A stretch of 64,000 nt of DNA. Source: Tubulanus polymorphus. Taxonomy: Eukaryota; Animalia; Nemertea. The notes under the pieces were generated by a model, which was not told the DNA's origin, searched no databases, and worked only from the letters and a program-made list of their open reading frames with translations. Position 1 is the stretch's first letter, and each line of letters opens with the position of its first letter. Where the stretch lies: NCBI RefSeq assembly GCF_964204645.1, contig NC_134025.1, positions 20,683,101-20,747,100 on the forward strand. The letters are read 5' to 3'. The translations under genes were made by a program, and so were the position numbers. Shown here in pieces: positions 35,301-45,704 of the stretch.

Positions 35301-35979
35301 TCCCCCATTACCACCAACAACTACCCCGGAACCTCCAATGCCAACAACTATTCCAATAACAGCTAAACCGACAACGATACCTACATCTATACCTCCATCA
35401 CCAACAACTACTCCAGAACCACCAACAACTTCTCTAGGCCCCCCGTTTTCATTGCCACCAAGTACTACTCCAGATCCTCCAATACCACCAACAACTACTC
35501 CGGAACCCCCAATACCGATAACTATTCCAACAACAGCTAAACCGACAACGATACCTACATCTATTCCTCCATCACCAACAACTACTCCAGAACCACCAAC
35601 AACTTCTCTAGGCCCCCCATTTTCATTGCCACCAAGTACTACTCCAGATCCTCCAATACCACCAACAACTACTCCAGAACCCCCAATACCGACAACTATT
35701 CCAACAACAGCTAAACCGACAACGATACCTACATCTATTCCTCCATCACCAACAACTACTCCAGAAGCACCAACAACTTCTCTAGGTCCCTCGTTTTCAT
35801 TGCCACACACAACTAATCCGGATCCTCCCATTCCGACAACTATTCCAACAACATCTAAACCGACACCTACATCTATTCCTCCACCACCTACTTACGACCA
35901 AGATGCACTGTTTCAACGACTTCTCCAACTGTTGAACCAATATGCAAGACGCCATTATTTTTCCTGGAGAAGAGAGTGA
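32374..35979 (+). CDS. Secreted Pro/Thr-rich mucin-like tandem-repeat protein, 1201 aa, single coding exon
   Basis: Acceptor ttctttcag at ~32344, aaaATG, signal peptide MKCFLVFIIAGLIIVTEA, uninterrupted ORF of ~20 repeats, short unique C-terminus YDQDALFQRLLQLLNQYARRHYFSWRRE. Confidence 0.85.
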   Translation: MKCFLVFIIAGLIIVTEAYTVRHHTTTTPEPPTTSLGPPFSLPPSTTPDPPIPPTTTPEPPIPTTIPTTAKPITIPTSIPPSPTTTPEPPTTSLGPPFSLPLSTTPDPPIPPTTTLEPPIPTTIPTTAKPTTIPTSIPPSPTTTPEPPTTSLGPPFSLPPSTTPDPPIPPTTTPEPPIPTTIPTTDKPITIPTSIPPSPTTTPEPPTTSLGPPFSLPPSTTPDPPIPPTTTLEPPIPTTIPTTAKPTTIPTSIPPSPTTIPEPPTTSLGPTFSLPPSTTPDPPLPPTTTPEPPIPTTIPTTAKPTTIPTSIPSSPTTTPEPPTTSLGPPFSLPPSTTPDPPILPTTTTEPPIPTTIPTTAKPTTIPTSIPPSPTTTPEPPTTSLGPPFSLPPSTTPDPPLPPTTTPEPPIPTTIPTTAKPTTIPTSIPPSPTTIPEPPTTSLGPPFSLPPSTTPDPPLPPTTTPEPPIPTTIPTTAKPTTIPTSIPSSPTTTPEPPTTSLGPPFSLPQSTTPDPPLPPTTTPEPPIPTTIPTAKPTTIPTSIPPSPTTTPEPPTTSLGPPFSLPPSTTPEHPIPPTTTPEPPIPTTIPTTAKPTTIPTSIPPSPTTTPEPPTTSLGPPFSLPPSTTPDPPLPPTTTPEPPMPTTIPITAKPTTIPTSIPPSPTTTPEPPTTSLGPPFSLPPSTTPDPPIPPTTTPEPPIPITIPTTAKPTTIPTSIPPSPTTTPERPTTSLGPPFSLPPSTTPDPPIPPTTTPEPPIPTTIPTTDKPITIPTSIPPSPTTTPEPPTTSLGPPFSLPPSTTPDPPIPPTTTLEPPIPTTIPTTAKPTTIPTSIPPSPTTIPEPPTTSLGPTFSLPPSTTPDPPLPPTTTPEPPIPTTIPTTAKPTTIPTSIPPSPTTIPEPPTTYLGPTFSLPPSTTPDPPLPPTTTPEPPIPTTIPTTAKPTTIPTSIPSSPTTTPEPPTTSLGPPFSLPPSTTPDPPLPPTTTPEPPMPTTIPITAKPTTIPTSIPPSPTTTPEPPTTSLGPPFSLPPSTTPDPPIPPTTTPEPPIPITIPTTAKPTTIPTSIPPSPTTTPEPPTTSLGPPFSLPPSTTPDPPIPPTTTPEPPIPTTIPTTAKPTTIPTSIPPSPTTTPEAPTTSLGPSFSLPHTTNPDPPIPTTIPTTSKPTPTSIPPPPTYDQDALFQRLLQLLNQYARRHYFSWRRE
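32449..35886 (+). repeat. Coding tandem repeat, 174-bp (58-aa) unit, ~20 copies
   Basis: acttctctagg recurs at 32473 and 32647 (174 bp apart) and onward; unit TTTPEPPTTSLGPPFSLPPSTTPDPPIPPTTTPEPPIPTTIPTTAKPTTIPTSIPPSP. Confidence 0.97.
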
Positions 35980-36795
35980 ACGGATCTTTGTGGCAAACCA
36001 CGGACGTGATATCAACATTTTTCAGTAAGATTAACTATCGACTCCTCAAATGTCGAATTTTAGCTATTTGAAATCCTGAAGTGAATATAAGTATATAAGG
36101 AACAACCACCCATATTACCATGCATAAATTATTTTATTCGAGACTCTCGGTTCATTTTTTAGCAATTGGTCATTAAACCCTCGAACGCATCAAAGAAATA
36201 TTCACCAGAGACTATTTTGAAGCCTATCTATTCAAGATTTTCCTCATATTGTAAAAAAAAATAAAAGGACGTCAATGCACATAATCCATAATTTTACTTA
36301 TAATTTATTTTCTGTTTCACATAACCATGATTAACTACAAAATGATCGCAACACGTTGTGATACCACGAGAGAAATCCCACAAAAAATTCAGCCAAAAAT
36401 GAAAATTTCTATATTAAAATGAAATAACGAAATAGAATACCGCTGAATTTATTGTGGGATTTCTCTCGTTATCCATCATACACGGATATTGTGTATCTTC
36501 CCGTCTCACGTTTTGATACAAGATTTCTCAATGCACGGTAATATATTATCATTATCATAATCAACACTTTTTATAGTTATGCTTGTCGTAACATTTAGCG
36601 TATAGAAAAATACGAACTACACAAGATTCAAACATTTCTAAACAAACCACACTAAAGTCCAACCTTTTAGACGCATTACTGGAATAAATACCTAAATATG
36701 TAATCGCACCAAAATTATGAGAACTCTTACAATACATTTCCTAACACATTGAAGAACCTTGTAAGTTAGAACTCCTAAATCTACTGTCACAAGCA

Positions 36796-36969
36796 GTTAA
36801 AAGTTTGTTTTTGCGCGGGCGCAAAAAAATATTCGTTTTTGCGCGCGCAAAAACAAACTTTCTGCGCGCAAAAACGGATTATTTTGTTTTTGCGCGTTAA
36901 AAGTTTGTTTTTGCGCGTTTTCGTGGAGGACGGAAAAAAAATTTTACATGGCCCGAATCAGCCACCATA
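36796..36969. mobile_element. One-ended MITE remnant of the TATGGTGGCTGAT family
   Basis: Right end atggcccgaatcagccaccata preceded by palindromic tttttgcgcg/cgcgcaaaaa units; no left TIR seen. Confidence 0.65.
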
Positions 36970-39157
36970 TGTATTGTACCAGTACGCAAGTATATTCTGT
37001 TCTTGCATTTAAAAATCACAATCGTTTGGAATTTCTATGAAATTCCATGAAGAATGAGAAAAAAACTAATTCTTAAATGGGCTTTGATGCTGCAAGAGTA
37101 AAATGTGCAGATTGAAAATTTATATATTATATTCATTCTTCCAAGGATATTTTCAATCACGAATCTAATGTAAATGGTCTAAATCAGTGTTCTAATTGCA
37201 GGGATGGATCCAGGGCAAACTTTGACAGGGGCACAAAAGAAATGAAAAGGCCATATATACTGAACAAGGGCAAGTTAAGTAATCCAAAACAGCTGTCTCG
37301 AAAATATTGAAATTTTAATGCATTTTAATGCAGTTTCTAGGCACTTGAAGGATATCTAAGAGAATATGAGCTAAATCTTGCGCTGCAGACTGCTGTTTTG
37401 TTAGTTGTCGAAGGAGAAATTGCCTTGTAAAATACTGCCATTGTATTTTAAAAAGAGCACGGGAAAATTGCGACGGCAACATGTGCTCCTTGTGCTCCCG
37501 TCTGTATCAGGAAGTGAATTGTGAGCCAAACTTTGTATCTATCTGGTGTTATTCTTTAGTAGAAAGTTCGTATGAAAAATAATGAACGTTTTATAGACAT
37601 ACCGCTGATAAGGGCTACATGCATTGATTTTTATACGACCTCGATCATCGAAAAACGCAAAACGAAACTTATTGTTCAATGATATCGTACGGTATCTGAC
37701 CCAGACATTGCGTAATCAAATCGGTAAAACGATATATTTGCACAATAGCGCTTTATATATGATATGTATGATTCTTGCTTTATACGGTGTCATTAATGCT
37801 TGATGAGTTAATGTGTAGACTATCGTGCCCTAGGTCATAGAATCCGTGGATAAAACGTAAACTTATTAACCTAACTCAGTCGTTTGCCTCTATCTCATAA
37901 TATATGTGTGTTTGTTTATCTTCCGTTACATAATCTTCCTCTATAAAGGCACAGTTACAAATCCAGCGTTTATCCATAAGTCGTCCCGTTTAACCCAGAT
38001 CCAATCATTCAGCTATCCAGCATGTACGAGCCCGATCTGATCTCTCGGTTTCTTCCCACTTAGACCTATGAACTTAATGACTATCTGACCGCAAGTTACA
38101 GCTTCTCCCTCTTCGTGTCTCCAGTCTCTTGTCTCTGGTAACTACTATGTAGTTCCTAGTTCCACGCATGTTGTGTCATAGTGTCCCCGAATCTACTGAA
38201 CTAACCCTTTTTATCTCCAGAATATCATAAGTCTTGATCTTTTTCTATTTGTTAATTACTGGATAAAACTCCCCAACATTCTATACTCTATTCAAAAATA
38301 CTCTAAAATCTCTTCAATTGGAGAGATCGCCATTCAAGACCTTTTTTAACCAATGTTTATATAATAATAAGCTTATGAATACTTACTATGAATTGGAGCA
38401 ATGAAGCCTAAAAGATACTAGTTTGAAGGGTATTGATTGTCGATATACACTAAATTTTACAAAAACACCAGATGTTCTCCCAAAAGTTATCTACAATAAT
38501 AGTTAGTTACAAACAGCATTACTATTTAGCCAAATAGCTAAATCGTAACACTGGTTTGCTCAGCTCGTGAGACCATTTTTACTGATTTGGTTTACAGAAA
38601 ACCCCTCCGAAAGAAAGGATTTCTTTGAAAAAAAATGAGCAAAAATGTCTGTGTTTTTGTTTTTTTCTTCACCACCGAATGAGAATCCCGGCTTGAATGC
38701 TGAAAAAATTTAAAAACGCAAGGTTCTTATCGCATTTTGCTGGATTCGACCTTCCCACGATTCATTTGTTTGGCCTTACGTAGGCCTATGTTGTCCTATC
38801 GATAGTTCCCTTGTTCTTCAAAAAATGATTTCATCTCACCGAAGGATTTTTAAAGACTTTCAATTTTTCCTCCGAAATGATGTTTGAAGAGGTCTACTCC
38901 GTAAACCAAGCTACAAAAAAGCGTCGGATTCTTCATTTTGCTATCGTTGCTTTCTTGTACAAGCTAACTGTTGTGTCAAGGCAGTGCACTTCATTGACTG
39001 TTATCAAATTTTTAATTCACATTGTTGATACATTGATTGTGTAAAAACCGTATATGAAAAATAAATCATATCATATCGTGTCACGGGGTACGGTGTCACA
39101 AACTAAATCAGGGGTTTTGTAATACACATACACGCCCGCTACATTAGACCATCGCTG

Positions 39158-39197
39158 AGGAACGAAGTCGACGGCCTGATTCCGAATTACAGTAAGT
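39158..39197 (+). promoter_or_regulatory. Putative non-coding first exon and splice donor of NRPS copy 1 (paralogs at ~44787-44830 and ~49996-50041)
   Basis: Conserved gagRaacgaagYcga...tccgaa..aca|gtaagt upstream of copies 1-3, each with an AG acceptor 15-30 nt before the ATG. Confidence 0.55.
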
Positions 39198-39220
39198 GAT
39201 AACTGTTTCAGTGGATTATC

Positions 39221-39496
39221 TATGGTGGCTGATGCAGGCCAAGTTAAGAAAAAAGATCCGTGCGATACGCCAAGCACTGAATAAATTGTTTCGTTTTCTT
39301 CGCCGCGAAGAAATACAAAATAACGCCCAGAAACGCATCGAATCGAGTGCAGAAACGAACCTTCATTTCTGCGCGATTCTTTGCGGTGATTTCTCGTTTC
39401 TGTGCGGCGAAGAAACGCACACAAAAACGAAACAATACATTTTTACATGGCGTATTGCACGGGTTTTTCTTAACTTGGTCCGAATCAGCCATCGTA
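39221..39496. mobile_element. IS3EU-like MITE with 6-bp TSD in the putative 5'-UTR intron of NRPS copy 1
   Basis: TATGGTGGCTGATGCAGGCCAAGTTAAGAAAAA / TTTTTCTTAACTTGGTCCGAATCAGCCATCGTA; TSD ATTATC 39215-39220 and 39497-39502; empty paralogous site at ~44845-44850. Confidence 0.88.
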
Positions 39497-40018
39497 ATTA
39501 TCAAAAAGGCCATTGAAAAAGCAAAGTCGTCAGATTTTGATAGCGAGGGAGTCCCCAGTATATAGTTTATAGTATGCACCGATAGGTTACGACAGTGCAA
39601 CCTGTGCTGATCGTTGTATTTACGAAGCTTCCGTTAAAGTTCTGGCATTCTTTGGCGTGGACGCTGGTAGTTTTAGTAATTGAATGTCATCAAAATGCGT
39701 TACCCCTGATAACTTATGAATTCGTGAATATACTGTTCAAGAATAAAATTTATAGATAATCTTTTTTTCATGATTAATGTATTCGCCACAGCAGCGCGAT
39801 AGCATGATATATTGATTGATTGAAATTGATGAAAAATAATCTACATCAAATCATGATTTTACTTTGTGAAATGGACAATGTCCATAGTTTCGGTTAGAAT
39901 TTAGTTCAATTACTACGACTGCATCATGTATATAAATGTGTATCGGGAAAACATCAGAAAATACGTGACCTCATAACCATGGTATGTGCGTCGAAATATT
40001 TGACTAGATCTTTTTTAC

Positions 40019-40447
40019 GCTGTAAAAACCGTTACAATAATGTTTATATACATTGATACTTAGTATGCGTTATACAAGGGGTTCTGTGAGAGTCGAGGTG
40101 CACAAAGTCATCAATATTCTTGGCGTTTCAAAATGACAATGACTATTATGAATTTTGGTGCTTATTTTGTAATTGAATATTTTTTCATTACTCTTTACTT
40201 TTGATTAATTTGAATGATTATTTTCTTGATAGGCGGTGCACTACGTCATTGATATATGGGGCCTAGACTGGTTGCCGGTCAGCTCAATCAGCGATATGTT
40301 CAAAATAACGACATTGATACTTGATGAAATATTTTCATCTTTATCATTACTATTCATTGTCGACAAAATAATGCAATACAATGCGATACAATGCATTACA
40401 GTAATTCTTCAAGGCGTCAATATTCGTACGTTCAATAGTTTTCTTGT
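40019..40447 (+). repeat. Dispersed repeat inserted just upstream of NRPS copy 1 (partner 18620-19017)
   Basis: Absent from the equivalent position before copies 2 and 3. Confidence 0.7.
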
Positions 40448-40485
40448 TATCATGTTTTGACATTTTTAGATAAAACTCAATCAGT

Positions 40486-43136
40486 ATGCTGAAGGGTACC
40501 GCAAGACAATGGAATGGCCCGAGCCTCGTGGCCGAAATCTTTGAAGATACATGTCAGAAGCATCTACACGACGTAGCTTGTTACGATGATGATGGATCAG
40601 TAACGTTTAGGGAACTGAATGAAGCGTCAAATAAAATAGCCCTCGCACTGTTGCAGCAACTCAATTACTTTGATCACGTATCTTCCAATCAGGGCGAATT
40701 GAAATGCGTTGGGATTTTCATGGAACCTAATTACGATCGACTTGTTACGATCACAGCTCTTCTAAAATTAAACATCCCCTATGTGCCATTAGATCCAGTA
40801 ATCCCCTTTAAAAGGTTGAAGTTGATTCTTAGAGAAACTAATCCGATGTGCATCGTTTCTTCGACCGCGCTCTACGATCAGCTAATGACGGTCGAGATGT
40901 TAGTCGAAGGTCATGACATCTTCAAATACAGCCACTTATACAGCATCAGTAATCATCTTGATCGGGAAAATATTCATATTCCTTCTGAGAAAAGGTTTTC
41001 ATCAGGGATATCGGATCCGCTATTCTGCGTCCTGTATACCTCGGGCAGCACTGGTACGCCGAAAGGTGTCCGGTTACGCCACAGTAACGTTATCAACCGA
41101 CTTAACTGGCAATGGAATGAAGTACCTTTCAAAACTGATGATGTTGGATGCGCTAAAACCTCACTCCTTTTCGTCGATTCGATCACTGAAATGTTCGGAA
41201 GTCTCCTGAAAGGTGTTCCTATCGTGATCGTACCGAAATCAGTCATCCAAAATCCAGAAAAATTCATATCTGTTCTCCAAAAATATCGAGTAACGCACCT
41301 TATTCTGGTTCCTTCTCTACTCAGAGCTATATTTACCATGATTAAAATGAATAACTCGTCTGATCAGTTATCTGCTTTACGTTACGTAGTTTCCAGCGGT
41401 GAAGCCCTGCCGGTTGAACTTGCCCGCCAGTTCTTTGATGTTTTTCCAACTGACGTAACTCTAGCGAATTATTATGGTAGTACTGAGATAACTGGAGACG
41501 TCACATTTCAACGGATGAAATGTCTATATGACGTCGTAAAGTCAACTGTTGATGATAGGCTTTCTATTGGACGACCGGTAGACAATTGTAACATTTATAT
41601 TGTCGATGATAATCTTACTTTGACGACTGGAACTGGACAATTACTCGTCAGTGGGCTTAACGTAGCAGATGGCTACGTGGATAAGGAAAACATTACAAAA
41701 AACTTTCTTCCCAACCACCTTAATGACGAGAGAGGACACGAATACCTGTATCTAACTGGTGACTTCGCGCGAGTAGTTAACAATATGGTGGTATATGAAG
41801 GTCGTACTGATTCGCAGGTCAAAATCCGGGGCCATAGAGTTAACATGGCTGAGGTTGAGCGGGTTGTTTCAAGTTGCAGGGGTGTAGAAAAAGTTGTAGT
41901 TGTATTGTGCACACTGGGTGACGGAAATGAGGTCATCGTCGCGTTTTATACCACGCCCGATGGAGTAAGTGAAGACGTCATTAACGAGGCCTGCAAGAAA
42001 TCACTTCCTGGTTACATGTTACCAGAAATTATGCTTATTCCAGAATTTCCGCTTCAGGCAGCGACGGGAAAAATTGATCGGGTTGAACTTAAACATATCT
42101 ATTCTTCAGCCAAAAACCCGAAATGTGAAAATTTCGAATTTTTGGACAAAACGACTGATGATATCATGACCGCAGTCACCGAAGTGCTCGGAATCCCGAA
42201 GTCTAAACTGAACGTAGATGTCAATTTCTTCGACGTAGGGGGCAGTTCGATAAATGCGATTAGCGTTTTAGTCAAAATCAAATCCATGGGCTACTCTGCC
42301 GATGTTGCTTCCTTCATATCTGCCTCGACTATAAACGATTTCGTGAAATCCCTGAAATCGGCGTATCAAGTGGAGTCACCAGGTCAAGAAAACACCACCG
42401 ATTACGTTATTGTTCCATTAACTGAAGTGATTGAAAAAAAAGAAGAAATCATCAAAAATCTAGCGGATACATTCTTGAAGAAAGAAGCTGTAGTAAGGGC
42501 AATGGGGATAAGATTTGCCGAATTAGAAATATTTCTTTTATCTTTTTGGGACCATTTCCTTAGATCTGGAGCTTCGTGTGTTTGTCTGGATGGCAAGGGT
42601 AGCGTGATCGGCGTATCAGCAGTAATAACAGGAGAAAGTCCATCAGATATACAGTCGGATGGCATAAACACGATACTCAATTATCTGGAATATGTTGAGA
42701 GCCATAGCGCCGATCGCATTACTGATAATTTCGCCGATTCGTTAATGGTCATGGCATCACCTGATTTGTCCGCCCAAGAGAAGATACAAGTGATGTATCG
42801 TTTGGAACAAACGTCTATACAAATGGCGGAAAAGAAGGGGTACGATGGAATGATTACATGTAATACCAGTCAGTTAACAGCCGTAAGTAAAATGCATGCC
42901 TTTTGAAATTACAACATATGTTATCGTGACATTAATATGGAATGTATTAAATATTTCTCCGTATTTCCTAGGATCTAGCACATGGGTACCTCGGATACGA
43001 AACTGTTGGACGTTTTACGATCAGAGATTACGTGTCATGCGACGAAATGCAGCCTTTTGCATCTGCTCCTAAAGACGCTGTTTTAGTCCTACAAATAAAA
43101 TTGTTTAATCGGAGTGAATTAGTTTCACAGCATTAG
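40486..43136 (+). CDS. ebony: Ebony-like NRPS (beta-alanyl-amine synthetase family) copy 1, intact, 853 aa
   Basis: Exons 40486-42882 and 42972-43136; YTSGSTGTPKG, KTSLLFVDSITEMFG, NYYGSTE, YLTGD, GRTDSQVKIRG, TGKIDR, carrier motif NFFDVGGSS, Ebony-type C-terminus GYDGMITCNTSQLTA|DLAHGYLGY...QPFASAP. Confidence 0.92.
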
Positions 43137-45316
43137 CTGGTTAATCGACAGAATGGATTGGGAAAATGTGTAATGCTCCTCCTGATTGCGTTCTCTCGTA
43201 CAAAACATAATTGGTTGGCTTTTAGATTAATAAGGCAATAGTAATGTTTTCTCTATTTTCTTGCAGAATATACATGTATGGTATAACACATGAAACATAT
43301 GAAATTCCGTTAGACTTCGATACTTGTATTAACCCACATTTTTCGTTTGAAAATATATCTACTTTATTACGAAATGAGGAATGAATTGAAATATGTAAAT
43401 CATTTTACAACTGGATGAAAAAGTACCACCCATTAAGCACTTCGATAACCATCATTTAGAAGATGATCCGCTGTACAAGCGCACTCCACAAAGGCAATAA
43501 TAACACTGGTGACATTTCAACATCTCCTATCGCAAGCTTGGTGGCCGGATGCCTGGATCAGAAAAGTATACGTTCCAACTTCTTGAAGTTCATTTGAATT
43601 AAGACCATATTTCCCTTATTTCTGCACAGCTAGACACAAGATACTCACATAAACACATTTTCTGTTTTCTGTTGGTTGCAAGAATTCTGTGTTAAGAAGG
43701 ATTTAAATGTGTAAGAATTTGCTAAGATGATAGACAGTTATTGCAGGATTAGAAACAGTCCCGTGGTATAGAGAAGGATCATTAAGGTGTTCATCGCGAA
43801 ATTGAAATCTGAAGTCCAGTGTTTAAACAAAAAAATTGACGTATTTAGGACCACGTCCCATATGAGGTTATTTCTATTCTCAGTATTCATTAGCATTTGA
43901 AGCTCATAACCCGTTTTACAACCTAAGTCGTACTTCTGTTAGCTATAGCCAATACTGTAATGCGTTTACTATAGTTTCTAGCCAATAGCACATATTATAT
44001 ATGTTAAATCTCTCTTTGGATGCTATTTTGTGACGTCATTCTATCTAATTAATGCTTATAATTTTCCCGCAATAAAGCAGTTTTCAAGCCCATATTGTAT
44101 CGGAACGTGTTACGTTTTCATTTCGAGTCCCAAAGATATAGTCACTAGTCTATCATGGTCGCCCGCTACACTAGCGCCGTGAATGCCCGCAATGGTTGCT
44201 TCCAAATATTTCATAAAATAATGCTGCCTGCCTGGTCGATATTTCCAAAAATTCATGTTTTCTTAAAAGAAAAATAAACACTGCCTGGTCATTTTCAAGG
44301 ATTTTGAAAATGAGAAACAAGGTATCATTTTTGGCCTGATCTAGCTCAGTGTTATAGTCGTGAGCTAAATTATGTGTATATTCTGGTATTATTCTATAGA
44401 AGAAAGCTTGTTTAAAAAATGAATGTTTTATGGACATACCGCTGATAAGGGCTACATATGTTATTTTCTATATGACCAATCATAGATCATCGAAAAACGC
44501 AAAACGAAACTGATTGCATGCTCCGTGATTTTGAACGGTATTTGACCCAGCCATTGGTGTGAATAATCAAACTAGTTTTTCAGAGCTCATAATAACATGC
44601 ATAGCATAGCGGTAACACATTTCTAGCACATATCGTCTATTCATTGCTTCTGTAAAATATTCTATGTATATGGAATAGAAAATAAACCATGTCATATCAT
44701 ATCATGTCTAAAGGTCGATTGCGAGGAACTAACTCGTGTTCATTAAATACACTGAATATACATGCTCACTGCATTAGTCTATCCTTGAGGAACGAAGCCG
44801 ACTGTCTGTATACTCCGAATTACAGTAAGTAATTGTTTTAGTCAATTATCTGAGTCAAAAATATCATTCAAAACGTGAAATCGTCAAAGCGAGTGGATGA
44901 CCAGAGAATTTACCGATAAGTTTCAACAGTGCATCGTTTGCTGATTATTTACAGACTACTGTTAAAGTTCTTGCGAAACTGGCAAACTTTGGCATGGACG
45001 TTATTTGTAGTTTTAGTGAATCGAATGTCATCTGATTAATCAGGGATTCAATGATACGCTTTTCAACTGTTAACTGATGGACTCGTGAAAATTCTGTTTC
45101 AGAAATCAATTTATAGGTCTGCTTTCGCATATTATATTACTTGACACAGCAGCGGGAGTTCGGTACACACATTCAATCAGGTATATCGATTGATTTATCT
45201 TGATAACATTTATAACAAATCATAACTTTGCTTTGTGAAGTGAACGATTTTCGTAGTTTGGGTTAGAGATTAAGTCAATTACCTTGATTGCATCGTGTGT
45301 ATGAATATGTATCCAG

Positions 45317-45552
45317 TATGGCGGGCGATAACCACCAAAATATAGCATCATCGTTTAACCTTTTCATTGTTTCACCTTTCCATCGTTTAATCTTTTTATC
45401 ATTATTTCACTATCTTTTCATTGTTTCACTATCTTTTCATCATCTTTTCACTATCTTTTCATCATCTTTTCACTATCTTTTCACTATCTTTTCATCATCT
45501 TTCCACTATCTTTCAAAGTTATGCTATATTTTGGTGGTTATCGCCCGCCATA
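45317..45552. mobile_element. TAT..ATA-ended MITE filled with a ~12-bp tcactatctttt minisatellite, upstream of NRPS copy 2
   Basis: Perfect 32-bp TIR TATGGCGGGCGATAACCACCAAAATATAGCAT / ATGCTATATTTTGGTGGTTATCGCCCGCCATA; absent at paralogous sites of copies 1 and 3; TSD not intact. Confidence 0.85.
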
Positions 45553-45704
45553 AACATCTGTCTAGAAAATACGGTACGGAGTACTGAAGCCGGTGTCATA
45601 TTCCAACGTCGTAACTGTAATGTGTGCGTCGATATTTTTGACTAGAACGTTTTTTTCATATTTTGACATTTATTTCAGTGAAAGGTGCGCTCTCCCCAAT
45701 CAGT

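Noticed and set aside
32442-35831. Long Gly/Val-rich minus-strand ORFs (826 and 249 aa)
   Set aside because: Antisense shadow of the Pro/Thr repeat; the plus strand has the signal peptide, acceptor and unique tail
32449-35886. Possible CRISPR-like array
   Set aside because: Contiguous 174-bp coding tandem repeat with no unique spacers; eukaryotic context, no cas genes
37198-37517. Possible CAGGG-ended DNA transposon remnant
   Set aside because: Termini too degenerate and TSD not convincing
42883-42906. C-terminus VSKMHAF in the ORF track (also 48093-48116, 53522-53545)
   Set aside because: Read-through into the intron after the gtaagt donor; the true end is the 54-aa exon downstream
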